From positions 126,190 through 190,189 of the forward strand of contig MNCI01001559.1 in the NCBI GenBank assembly GCA_015680685.1: 64,000 nt of DNA. The letters are read 5' to 3'. Both the position numbers and the translations under genes were made by a program. The notes under the pieces were generated by a model that was given only the letters and a program-made list of their open reading frames with translations, did not search any database and was not told where the DNA came from. Below are positions 51,610 through 64,000 of this stretch, piece after piece. Position 1 is the stretch's first letter. The number at the start of each line of letters is the position of its first letter. Source of the stretch: Gnetum montanum. Its lineage: Eukaryota; Plantae; Gnetophyta.

Positions 51610-54500
51610 CGTTGCCTTGATGTTGTCTGGCACTCCAAGGACTTCCCTTAGATCCATTGGATCTGGGGTGGACAACCCAGAGACTACACCTCTAATTGAG
51701 TAATGTGTCCACTTCAATTATCTAGAAGGGAGCATGCAACGCCTTGGAATCTCAAAAGTTTATGTGCCTCTAGAAGAACATCTACGACTTTTGATGAGGA
51801 CAAGCAAGCAAGCAAGCAAGCAAACAACTTTGTAGATATCATTGGTGGAATCTACAAGGGGTGCCTCATCTCCAAACTTCTCACTATTTGGTACAAGGTT
51901 TGGCATGAAGCCACACTTGAACTATCCAATCTAGGCTATTATACATTTGTATGACCATCATAGAATTAGGCCCCATGTAGTTCTACGAACAAGTGGATGA
52001 TGAGAGGGACATGGAGAGGGGATATAGGGTGGAGCGTTGTTGTTCCTTGGAATCACCAAGTTTGAGCCTTGACAATGTACTTGCAAGACTTTATCTCAAC
52101 GAGAGCATGCTCCATGGGAGCCATGCCTCAGCAAACAAACCCAAAATTTGCCAAACCCTAGGTTCTATTTTTGGCCTCAAGACCAGGGACTCTCATTAGT
52201 CCAACCAATAAAGCACTAGAACATTGAGTCCATACCAAAACCACTATTTTAAGATCATAAGTCCATGCTGGTGGGAAGGAAGACACACAAGGTGCTCCTT
52301 CCAAACAAGGTTCATAGGCAGTCCTTTTGTTCTGACCTTGTCATCATAGAATGGGCTAGCTTCACAAACCATTCTACCATCGTGGGACAACATACACCCC
52401 TATCTAAATCAATGGAGAAGGGCAAATTTGCTTGGAAAACTTCTCCAAGATGCAATCGAGGCATCTTATACACTTGCTGCCATATGAAACTATCAAGTAT
52501 GCTCAACATAGAGTTTAACTCCTCAAATGTTGTAGCGAACTCAAGACAAACATGGGATTGGCCCTAGGATGGTCCTCATCTCAAACCATTAACCATAGCA
52601 ATTGTACACAACAACAGGGAGGACCAACTGAAGTTTGCTGATAAAATTTGATCACCATGCCATAGGGAACAAGACAAGTACTGTTCTTCATTAAGTAATT
52701 TACAATGAAGGGAAGCACTTAGCAAACCTCCATAGGAAAAAACTCTGCCCCCATAATTTGGGGAACATTTGAGTCCCAAGGATTTGTAGCTCCTGCCATG
52801 CGACGAACATCTGAACAACAAAATTGTTCACAAAAATTTTGTGTTTCTATCAACGTGGAAGAGGGATTTGACAGATCCTCATTGTGAGGTTTCTCCCCAA
52901 AGTGAGTCCACCATCTAATCTGCATCATTACCATCATACAAGCTAAGGAAACCCACCAGGCCAGCATTGCTGCTTTGCATGACTGCTCTATGTTATGGGA
53001 ACACAGGGATTCAAAGGTCTTATCCATCACTTTGTTTGACATCAAGGACCAATAGTGATGTGCTAATGTGTCCACCTTTGGAGCTATCATGAGGAAGATT
53101 TAGATTTCACCACATCAAGGCCTAGTTCATAAATTTCATGGTACACAACACAAACACCCGAATCATCTGAGACAGACTAGGCCTGAACTCTGTGTGTTCT
53201 GTTTCATAGAATGAGTCACAAATTACAAATGTCATTTGCCAGCAAACGACTACTAGGAGGAATAGGTCCTCAATGAATTTTGGTAGAACATTGAAAGAAG
53301 AATAACTAGGATCAATTTGTTAGCCATTGACTTTTGTTGTAGGTCCTGGAATAGTCTGTGGAAGGAAAGCACCATTCGAGGAACCAAGAGAACCATTTAG
53401 CAAAGTCCATCAGAAGCGATGGAACCAAGAGAGATTTCAACAGATCGCACATTGCTTAAGAATTTGCAAGGACACTAAGCTTGCTTCATTAACTGCATCT
53501 GTAAAGGAATTTATGCATTTGAGCACTGTAACTATATCCTGTCTTTGTTATGAGTCCCAAGAGTTTTTGGGCACTTGAGGTTGAAGTTTGGATTGAGCAC
53601 AACCATTTTCTGCATTTTGAACATCAAGAGGAACTAATTGGACAAACTGAATCAATCAAAATCTGTCAACAATTGAGGGATCTGTATATGAGAAGAGTAG
53701 GTCATGACATCAAGCTAGAGAGACAATGGCCAAAATAATAGACTGTTAACACTGTCTAAGCACACCTGTAGAGAAGTGGTGCATTGAAATATCTAGCACC
53801 TCCAAGGGAGGAGGGGGCCAAGCGTCTCAACCAAACTAAGTCAAGAGTCCACAGTTACAAGGACCCTTGCTTAGGGAAGCATTTGCTTGCCATGTGGAGA
53901 ACATCCAAGTAGGGCTTCCAAGAGAGGCTAACAATTAGAGCGACTAAAACAAAATTTGTGCAGGGGTGAACCATTGCTCCATGGTTTGCAACATTGCCTG
54001 AAGCCTACAGCTAGCCAAGAAAGAAAGAGCCAAAGTATCAAAACTTAAGGCTTGAATCTGCACCAAGGTTGGCTAAGTAACCAACATTCAAGAACCTGCC
54101 ATAATTTCTATCTCTGAACTTTGTTAATTGGGATATCAAACATGAGGAATGCACATACTGTTATTGTGAGATTGGTGTAACAAATTGAAACTCTGCCAAG
54201 ATCATCCACTGCTCAAATCTGGAACAGGTGAATGCAAAAACATGGGGGCTCAAAGTAGAGTTTGAGATTAGACCATGTAACATCAAGACAGGCAATGATC
54301 CCCATTGTAGCATACCATCATTTGTTCAAAAAGACCGCGGCCAAGAACATGCCATAGCCTCCAAAATACAATTTTGGTGACTTGGTAGAACAAGCCAACA
54401 AGCTCTTAGAGGTCTCATTTTATACGTTGGAGACCGACTACAATGCATCAAAGAGGGCTGTCTATAAGAGAGACTAGTTGTAGAGGGATTTGGCTTCCTC
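51610..54500 (-). mobile_element. Decayed L1-type LINE ORF2 (endonuclease-RT remnant)
   Basis: Degenerate motifs on the minus strand: MAGATNPWDSN...AEFF (GKSPG.DG..EFF-like) and RSEQKDCL (RQGCPL-like), with EN-like remnants near 53900-54450. Heavily mutated. Confidence 0.55.
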
Positions 54501-55789
54501 ACAAGGTTTAGTGAAGGCCTACAACATGGGGAACACTAGAAGGGAATTGTTTCTCCTTTTTACATGAATTGTTGATAAACAATATTATTACATCAATATG
54601 GTAGAAGATAAAGGAGCAACAATTATATTGGGTAGACATAGCATGCAACAATAGGGAACACTACCTAGCCCTAATAGGTTTGAGGACACACTACCCAAGC
54701 CCATCCTAAGACTAAGGTTTCAGGCCATCATGAGCAAGACCAAAGCTGCACAATTTTGATCTGAAAGCCTATCTCTGAGCATACATTGCCAATTGTAACA
54801 ATGATGCCATTGAAATCTGCCATCAAAACTAGTGGAACGCAAATGTGATGAACATGTGATGTTAGAACACTGTTAGAAAATCCATCACTTCCAACAACAA
54901 TCAATCCAACAACAATAAAGGGATTCCAAAAGCCCAATGAAATAGACATCACATGCTTAAAAATATAACAAGTGGGGTTAAAGACTCATGTTATGTTTAA
55001 ATGTGAAATACAATATTTTTATTTAATAATCTACATAAACTACATGCTTAAAATAATAATTCAAATAAAATTACCAATGGCCCCACATCCATCCAAGACC
55101 TTTGTTATTGTCAAGAGACATTAAGAGATTACTTAAAAATTGAAACTAAAATTAAATTTTTAATTACATCTACCAAGCCCTTGGATCTGTTGGACCACAC
55201 CAGTTTTAGAATCCGTGTTATGGAATTTTTTTGTTCATAACTAAACATTGCCCATTGGAATTGGACCTATAACATGGGTTTTCCATAGCAAGATTGTTAT
55301 GACTAAAGTAACACCTCATTGGTTCAAAGTCCAAAATGCTTTCTAAAGTGCATCAAAATACTTTATAGAAGATGGATTATAGTTGCAAATCCCAAAATAC
55401 AATAATAGGAATAATCATAGCTAAACAAGGTATAAGAGCTTATGTCATAAGAATCAATCTTTAATCCATAATAAGCATGCCTTAAGAATAACCAAACCAT
55501 AGCTAGGCAAACTATATCAAATACCAAAGGTTCTAGTTTCAATAATCAAATATGTTCTAAACTAATTAATAGGTCAAAGGTTCAAACCTCATCAAGACAT
55601 ATCTCATAGGAGTCAAGAGATCAAAACCCTCTAAAGTATAATTACAATAGATATTTACTATGGCACACATGAGCATCAAATATGACCCAATGATAATATC
55701 AAATAAGGGGTCAGAAGTTCAATTCTCATCATAGCATAATTATATAAATGGTAGCACGTAAGGATCATCACCTAGAGGGTCGATACTCA

Positions 55790-55930
55790 TTTTGCCAAGG
55801 TGGGGTCCTAGGAGGGTTGCTGGATGAAGGAAAACGTAACCTCTTTTGAGTGGTTGTGTCTAGGCTTGAATCTAGGTTTCATGACTTGATAAACAAGAAC
55901 CTTACCATCACTTCAAGTGGTGGTCCCTAC
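55790..55930 (-). mobile_element. Second copy of the tRNA-derived SINE
   Basis: Homologous to 36715-36850 (ggggtcct...ctaggcttgaatc...ttaccatcac..caagtggtg). Confidence 0.6.
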
Positions 55931-56499
55931 CAGATGGTACCAAATAATACTTTAGCTGTAATAAACATCAAATAAGAGATCAAGAGGTCAAGTTTCACTT
56001 AAGCATAAATTGTATAAAAGCATCTTATAGCCAAGCTATACACAAATATATATATAAAGATACGTTCAAATGCTATATTAAAGCTTTATCAAAATACATG
56101 TATAGCAAGATATATCAAAATCATGCAAACCTATTTCTTAGCATAAGTTAAATATAACAATCAACAAGGCCAAGTGTTAAGAGTTTGGTTTTATGTCTCT
56201 TGGACAACTCTAAATTAAAGAATCCTAATCCTTATGTAACTCGTAGGCATTTATTATCCATATGAATTCTTTAGTTAAGTTTTTTGTGACATATGAACTT
56301 GTGTTTTCACTAGGATCTTTAAGTGGATTCAATATTTTGTAACTAGAACTAATTATCAATTGACGATAAATCTAATCATTAGGATTGACAATGCCTTTGA
56401 TTATTAAAACTGAAATTGAAATCGACGTTTTATTTTGTTTGAAGACCTAAAGGATCTATTGGACATACATTACATTTATATCATGAAAGTGAAATACTG

Positions 56500-59400
56500 A
56501 CTCAACAAAATGGGTGATTAGCACTAGATATAATAAAAAAAGATCGTATAGACATTTTGTTGCAATATCTTCGAGATCTCTTGATCTGCATAGCCTACAT
56601 GTGTGTTATTCTCAAGGAAGTTGCATCCATCTTTCACTTTCTATCCTAAGATGATGTAAACACAAATAAAGCTCACTGATGCAAATGTAACATCTTATTA
56701 GGAGTACAACTGTAGCAAACTTTTGAAATTTAATTGGTTACCTCTTATGCATTTCAAATAAATTTTTTTCTTACTTTCTACATTTGATTAGGAGTACAAC
56801 TTTTACCTTATGCATTGCAAATGTAACATCTTATTAGGAGTACAACTGTAGCATAACTTTGTTAGAATCCGTTACTGAACTAACTTACAAATATGCTTTG
56901 GATTGCTTTGTATTTCCTTCAATGAGATGATATCTTAGTTTTCAGTCATTGTATCATTTAGAATACCATCCTTGCTCATTTATGCTTTCAAGCATTGCTT
57001 TAGAAAATTTGATTTGTTCTATTTTTTCCAATTTTTGAGTATGCAATAAAATAAGAAATAGCTTCTGCTTGTAGAAACAGAAACATGGAATAAGGTGTTT
57101 GTACCTTCACCTTTAATTTATCAAGTAAAAATATCTTCTGTACTCTTTGAATTGACTAGGACTTGGTTCCTAAATTGTGCATCCATATAACACAATATGA
57201 TAAATGACTGTTTGAAAGATTTGTTTTCTAACCTTCCAAGCCTAAACTCCTAATGCCTTACATTTTTTTTCAATTGCATAAAGAGCTTCTAATCTTCTTG
57301 CTAATCTCTCCTTAATGTATTTATCCCATTTATAATTATTCACATATTGAAAGCTCAAGTATCTAAAAGAATCTACACTTCGTACATTCTGATTACCAAA
57401 TTTAAAACTATGCTATGTATTCCTTGTGTCCCCTATTGTCATTTTAGTTTTCTCTAGCATATTAGACCTACCTTTCTTATAAGTAGATATCAAAGTAGCA
57501 TTGTCTACGTAAGGAAGTAGGTTAAGTGCTTGAGAACATATTTTTACAATATCTCTATATTGTCCATTGTGCATCTAATCTTGCAACTCATCAATGGAAG
57601 GACCAAAGAAACTTGGGGATCAAGGATGACTTTGTTTAATCTCAATTTTGCTCTAAAGTTCAAAATTATTTCTTGATTCACTATCTTTGTGCTTGATGAT
57701 AACTTCTTAATACAACTTTTAAGTCATTGATATGAGTTTTATGGTGAGGCTTATTTTTTTAGCTTTAGCAATAATTATTTCTGACTCACAGAATTGTTAG
57801 TTTTTGTGAAATCTATAGAACAAACAAATAATTTTTTGTTAAGCCATTCGTTGGAGATCAGCATCGAAATACTAATGTAGTATCAAACAAAATGCCCCAA
57901 TAATCTGACCTCAATGGCAGCTGGAAAGAGCTGAGATTTTTGAAGTTTGATGATATTGATTTGTGTCACCTAGGGCAACTGAGTGGGATGTGAAAACTTC
58001 CTATCTATTTCTATTGCATGGGTGATAAATCAGTGATGAGCTCTCAGGAAAATCTGCAAACTTATTGATCTTCATCACTCGGGCGATGGTGGGTGAGATT
58101 GAAATCAACGGTATTAATTGGTATCAATGCAACAATAAGTGTGAGATGTCCTATCCTTAGACTTTTTTGGATTCGGCAATATTCATCCTTGTCGCTGAAT
58201 TGATCTGGGAAGACATGCTGTGACTGATATCAGTTGGAATCACTGGAATCAATTCCTAGCGAGATGGCCTGGTTTGCATAAATTAAAAGCACAAAACAAG
58301 CAACAAGCAAATACGATCCAAGGGCAAATCAATGACAATTCTTCTCAAACTTCAATCACAAGTCAAAACAGACTAAGGATTACAATGGATATGCTAAGTC
58401 AAACATGCAGTGAGATCTTAGATGAGATTCATCATCAATTCATAACATAAGCTCCAAAAACATGTGAGAATAAGAACCATGAGACAAAGTACCAATGCGG
58501 CAACCCTCAAAGGTAATTAGATCTGGAATTTGATTATCCAGAAATATATGCAACTATTAAGTATATCAATCTTCTAAGCCAGTTAAGCTTCTAGCATTCA
58601 AACAATCCTTCAAATTGTAAGAAAAAGGGAGATCATGAAAAAACCCCAAAGGAATTCTTCAAAAACCTCCAGAAATGAGCTTCAAACATTTATTTAAGAC
58701 TGGGAATTACAGATCCTCAAACATGCAATGCTTCCTAGCAAAGTAATTGATGATATTCTTGCTAGAATTGACCATACAAATCATCAAACACTTCTACCTA
58801 AAACATAGATCCTTTAATATGAGCATAAAAGCTAACAGATATCATTCTCACTCTTGTGAGAAATGCAAGAAACTTAAACTGAAACTTGTGAGCTAAATTG
58901 TGAGAATGCGAGACTTGAAAACTTGTAAGAATTTGTAAGATTGTGAGAAATCTATGAGAACATTGTGAGAATTGGACGAGAGAATTGTCAGGATCTCGAA
59001 TCATTGTGAAAAATTCATTCTGCAAGAATGTGAGAAAAGAAAAGAAAATGCACATAAAAAGCTTAAGGAACCACTAGCACACTCAGTTCTCTTTTGTTCA
59101 CCTTTCAATATATCCACGTGCTTTCATCAAGTTTAAAATGAAAGAGAAGACTACTTCTTGTAACTTTTGAGGATGCCTCTCTTTGATGAGGCTTACATGT
59201 GGGATCATGGATCCTTTACAAAAGTGAAGTGTGCACACACACAAACATGAAATTAAACATAAACTCTAAACTTTGGAAATTAAAACTAACTCCTAGGGAC
59301 TCCTAAGAACATTACATGACTTCAAATTTAAAACATGAAATTGAAAGCATCATGGATGGTCCACAAGGGAACCCATTTTAGATTATTTCCAACACTATTT

Positions 59401-61000
59401 TGCAAGTTTGATACAGTGCCTAAGAGTGACAAGATGATCAACAATAGAATGGTTCTATCTGAAACTTGCTTTACAAATTACCCTTATGTTCTTTGTTTTT
59501 ATTCAATTGCTTATTCTTCTTTCGAGAATAGTGCCTAATAGCTTAGCAAACATACTTCTTATAAGTATCATATGACAGTTCTTTAGGTTGTTTCTGTCAC
59601 CTTTCTTGTAAAGCAACATTGCCTTATTGATGTTTCACTGTTCAGCAAAACCATCATCAGCAACTTTTCATCTTTTCCAATTTTTTTTTTTGTGAATAGA
59701 CATTCCTGCTCATTTAAGTTTTTCAGCATATAAGCCATTTGAATTTACAATTTTTTCACATGCTAATTGTTAATGCCATCTATAACTTCGTCCAGGGTAA
59801 AATGTAAAGAAGCTTGACAAAAATTGTGACAACAAATATTTTCTTCTCTTGAAAAAGATTACTATAAAATGCACAAACATCATTAAAATGACAGTTGTAT
59901 AAAAACTTCAACTGCACATTGGGAAAGCTTTCAGAAATTCCCAAGGTCTTTTTTGACCATGTGGACATTATTTTTGTTGTGCTTTGATAAAACAATTTTT
60001 GTAATTTCTAAAATGCACTTATACCTCTTGACCAAAATGATCTCTTTGTTCTTTGTTAACATTTTTTATATCTTTTCTAGCTTGAAGGCAATCACCATGA
60101 AACCAATTCTTATGAGTTTTATGTTTTGACAACATTAACTTGTTTAGTTGCCTTATGTAATATTCGCTTCAAATTGATAATATGTTTGTAAGAGCTCCAA
60201 TGATTTTGTGCTACTTCTTTGTATTTATCTTTTACCTTTGCAAGTAATCTTGCTTGATTAGAACTTTTTTGTTTCTTTTTTACATTATGCTATACTAATT
60301 TGTAGAGAAAATTCCAAATGATGGTGATTGGAATTGACTAGCTCCTCTCTTACTATAAACTTTGTAATGTATTTGATATCATTACTAGAAGATAAAAGTA
60401 AGTCAATATACAAGTTACTTTGAGGTCCTATATATGTGAATGATGTAAACTTTAGAAACCTAGTGAGCCCATTGCAGATGAGAAGATCTAAAGTCTTTGC
60501 CTAGTCTAAGAACTATTACTCCCTTTTATTGATATTACTATCTGCAGAATGTTGAAAGCAACTATTCTAGCAATGTCAATGCCATCAATTTCATATTTCC
60601 ATTGAATAATTTCTATTGGCTAAAGACCAACTCTGTCCTTAACATGTTAAAAAATCAAAACTACTCCTTCTGTTATAAATTTTACAATATCTTTTTCCAA
60701 ATGCTAGAAAGAAAAATCTCTGGACAACCCTAGTGTAGCTTTTCTAGGGTCAAAATAACAAATAGCAAGATTCACACAATCATGTCGATGATGGATTTCT
60801 AGCCAAATATACTGCTTATACTAATTTATTTTTTCAATTTACACAAAATTTGCCAAAAGAGTTCGTAACTAAGCAAACGATACTATGTCTTCTTTATTTG
60901 CTTGCTTTAGTGTTTTTTACTAAAAATTTAATGAGCCTTGTAACTACAAAATCTTTTGAACTTTCATTCTCCTAAGTTTCTACTAAATCAAAAGCATCAA
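56500..61000 (-). mobile_element. Decayed non-L1 LINE ORF2 (APE endonuclease, RT, C-terminal Cys motif; RTEX/CR1-L2-like)
   Basis: Minus strand: LAICYFDP...LEKDIVKF..EG (EN); LYKKGDRNNLKNCH, SFR.NHSIVDHLVTLR, FVCSIDF, IKQSHP.SPSFFGPSIDEL, LLPYVDNA (RT); HHLRIESERW...CRLC....ED (C-terminus). It may extend to ~61800. Confidence 0.75.
57849..59394. mobile_element. Solo LTR ((T/C)GTTGG...CCAACA, copia-like termini) inserted in the LINE RT
   Basis: TSD ccatt/ctatt with 1 mismatch. The LINE frame rejoins across it (CIKLAK|WLNKKLFVCSIDF). Confidence 0.75.
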
Positions 61001-62675
61001 GAACCAATGTTGATAAGATTTTATTTGCAATGCTTTCATTAATATTAATAAATCCACAATGTAAAGGATCTATGTATTTTTTGAATAATTTTTGGAATAC
61101 TACTTATTTAGGATTATTGTTATGTTTCTGGCATTTAGGTATGCTACAAGACCTTTTGCAAGTGCCGCCTTAACCTTTTTCTATTGTTCAGCACTTTGTG
61201 CAAGTTCTTTTCTAGTGGGATCTTCGTTTATCCAAGCTCTTTTCCCATACTTTGCTTCCAGTTGCTTCAATGCTTTCAAACATGTTTTCTTTCCCTGTCA
61301 TGAAACTCAACGATTAAATGCTGTCTTCCATATCATGAAACTTAATGATTACATGTTTGGGTTATTTTACACTGTTCATGTGGCACCCTAAAAGCTATAG
61401 CAATGTTTAGAGTAGTATGCATATCCTTAATAATTTATTTAATTTTTGTGATCAAATCTTTGTCCATTTCATCTTTTGTGTTTGGGATACCTACATATCA
61501 CAAATTTTTTTCTTGTCATTTTTTCATCTTATTCTTTTAAAGCTTTTGCTATTGCAGATCCCATTTGGCTCTTTTAAAGCTTTTACGATTACATATCCCA
61601 TCTTTATCTCTTTTGTTTCAAGTTAAATTCACTTTAATTTTTGTCAACTTTGTCTCTTGCAAGTTTTCGCAAAATCTGCTCAAAGTACCAGTTTTAGCAA
61701 ATTGTGCTCATTATTCTTTGAAAAAGCATCAATCTCCGTTTTCCCTTAATCTTCCTTTGAGATCTGTTAAACTTTAAAGAATATCTTTGTTTTGTTTGAA
61801 TTTTTATCCAGTGTTACTATATTGATAACTCTGAGCTCGGCGTTGTGCAACTGGAATTTGCAGATCTTTTTTGGTGGCCTGTGATGATGCCATATGAAAT
61901 TTTCAAATTTCTTGGGCACATGATTCAATCTCTTCGGCAGAACAAACCCTCACAGGAAAATCCATCCAGAGAATTGATCTGGCCTCCCTTTAACGACCCT
62001 TCTTGCTACCTCAAAAATTATAATAAAAAATATTGCTATTCTGTCAGTGTTCATAAAACTAAAATATTTGTTCCGTTTGGAAGAATTAGTCCTGTCGCAT
62101 GTTATTCATGTTGAGTACTCTATTGACAACGTTGACATTCAAGAAAAATCATCTTTGAGGAAATTCAAGCACCTAATTTTCCTTTTTCGCTCATCATGTA
62201 TTTGATAGTTGGTGGATAACAACGAATCGATTATGATCCTCAAATTTGAACACTAATTGTTAAAAAATGCACACTTCTTATGCAGCTTATTGAATTCCTC
62301 TATCTAATTTTAGCAGTAAACAAGCCTAAAAAATGCCGCAGCCAAAAGCATTCTACAAAAACACGCTGCAATACAAATGTATCCAAGTGTTTCTTCGAAG
62401 AAAATTTAAAATAGCGTATAGCTAAGGAAGTTCCTGCATGGTTGAGTTTTCCTAAAACTTTGTTCGATTCGTAATTTCGCAAGATCGTTGTCTTTTCTTC
62501 TTATAAATTTTTCGGATACCATATGATTGAAGTAAGCTTGCTTGTGGAAGGTAAATTTAGTAAATTTAGTCAAAGAACTCCAATCCGGTGCAATCATCTC
62601 CTCTGTTATGTGTCTGGTGTATATCATTATTTATCTTTTAAAGCTACTAATAATTTATGTGCCTTAACTTTACAG

Positions 62676-62970
62676 CGATACTACATCGCGTCTTCTCGAG
62701 AGTTGACTCGGCTGGATCAGATCACAAAAGCACCTGTAATCCATCATTTTTCGGAATCGATTGCTGGATTTGTTACAATCCGGTGTTTCAAGAAGGAAAA
62801 AGATTTTTCACAAGTGAATACTGACCGAGTCAATTCTAATATTCGAATGGATTTTCATAATTTTTCATCAAATGAGTGGCTTGGTGTTCGTGTGGAAATG
62901 ATAGGGGCCATAGTTCTTTGTGCGTCGACTTTATTGCTTGTCTCTCTCCCTGCGAACGTTATCAAGCCAG
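62676..62970 (+). CDS. ABCC4: ABCC exon 6 (295 bp)
   Basis: [31 protein letters not shown]...[20 protein letters not shown]...IKP; AG/GT boundaries. Confidence 0.95.
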
Positions 62971-63492
62971 GTATGAATGTTTTTATGTTTTGCGGTGAAT
63001 GGTTTTGGAGCCCTAACTACATGTTGGAAGCGTGGAATATTCCATTTATTAGAATTATAGACTGCAGTCTTGAATTGGATGCCTAAATCGGCAAAAACAT
63101 ATGTTTTGATAAAATACACGGAACCGCCGAGTCCTCGTCAGTAGCCGTCCTATATGGACTCAGCTTTCAAGATTCATCTTGTTAGTAAGCATGATGGAAT
63201 TCATCAACTTGCTGCGTTTTATCTTTGCATAATATGCTTATGGTACCTTGAAACAGTGGATGGATCAGCAAATATACGCTGGTTAGCTTATACACAACCG
63301 TTTGTTTAATCAGTTTATTTTCGGTCTCAAGGTTTTAGACTTTCATCATTATCATTCACTTAGCCTTAGTTATATGAGTTCTTTTTTGCCATTGGCTTCT
63401 AAGAAGAGCTAGATCTTTATTTATTTGTAATTTCTGCAAATCATCATCCATGGTTTTTTCCAATCCAATCAATCTCTTCTTTGGTGTTCCTT

Positions 63493-63558
63493 TGGAATTG
63501 CTGATTCCTAGAATGAGAACTGCAATGGAATTGCTGATTCCTAGAATGAGAACTGCAA
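63493..63558. repeat. Exact 33-bp tandem duplication in intron 6
   Basis: tggaattgctgattcctagaatgagaactgcaa x2. Confidence 0.9.
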
Positions 63559-63862
63559 TATTACAAAGTGTTTCTTATTATCTTGCTTTCTGTTACTGCC
63601 ACTTCAAATTCTGAATCCAATGACTATGTGTCAATTAAGTATCTCCTTGGTAATTAAAGGCGTGTTAGAAGAGCATTTTCTCAAAAACCATCGTAAAAGT
63701 TTGTTTTTTGTTTTTTCGGTTTATGTGTGCTGGTGAATCATAAAAGTTTGGAAATGTCACATATGCTGTAAAGCAATTGCCGAAACTCTAGAGTTCATTA
63801 CAAGAACTTAAAGGTATTCAGATTCTGATAATATAGTGTATGTGTTTGCTGCGATTGTGCAG

Positions 63863-64000
63863 AGCTGGTAGGTTTAACGTTGTCATATGGCCTTTCCCTA
63901 AATTCGTTGTTATTCTTCGCGGTATGGCTTTCGTGCCTTGTGGAGAACAAGATGGTGTCAGTTGAAAGAATCAGACAGTTCTCGTGCATTCCGTCGGAAG
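63863..64000 (+). CDS. ABCC4: ABCC exon 7 (truncated by the window end)
   Basis: (E)[45 protein letters not shown]; the phase matches exon 6. Confidence 0.93.

Larger units (their letters stand above)
42129..62675 (+). other. ABCC intron 5 (20,547 bp, TE-filled)
   Basis: GT...AG. The protein is continuous across it (...VWYQ|[13 protein letters not shown]...). Confidence 0.9.

Overview
Eukaryotic land-plant DNA from a large, heavily methylated genome. A non-angiosperm such as a fern or gymnosperm is inferred from the TE content, not proven. The only host gene is a + strand ABCC/MRP transporter of the AtABCC4/ABCC14 type. Its exons 1-7 lie at 37919-64000, it runs off the window, and it has a 20.5-kb TE-filled intron 5. 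Positions 1-36.9 kb are a nested retroelement stack: a decayed Tat/Ogre-type Ty3 element, an Athila-type integrase remnant, solo LTRs, and two copies of a gag-protease-only LTR family, one nested in the other, each with TSD, tRNA-Asp PBS and four copies of a PPT-like 12-mer. Two observations stand out. (1) An L1-type LINE 3' end in intron 5 has an extra reading frame before its poly(A) that encodes a coiled coil and a gaplessly aligning DnaJ/J-domain. (2) A recent 4.9-kb fold-back insertion upstream of the gene was copied from intron 5. It has ~520-bp terminal inverted arms and target-templated fillers, so the promoter and exons 1-5 now sit between 4.3-kb near-identical inverted repeats. All calls come from reading and hand translation; no searches were run.
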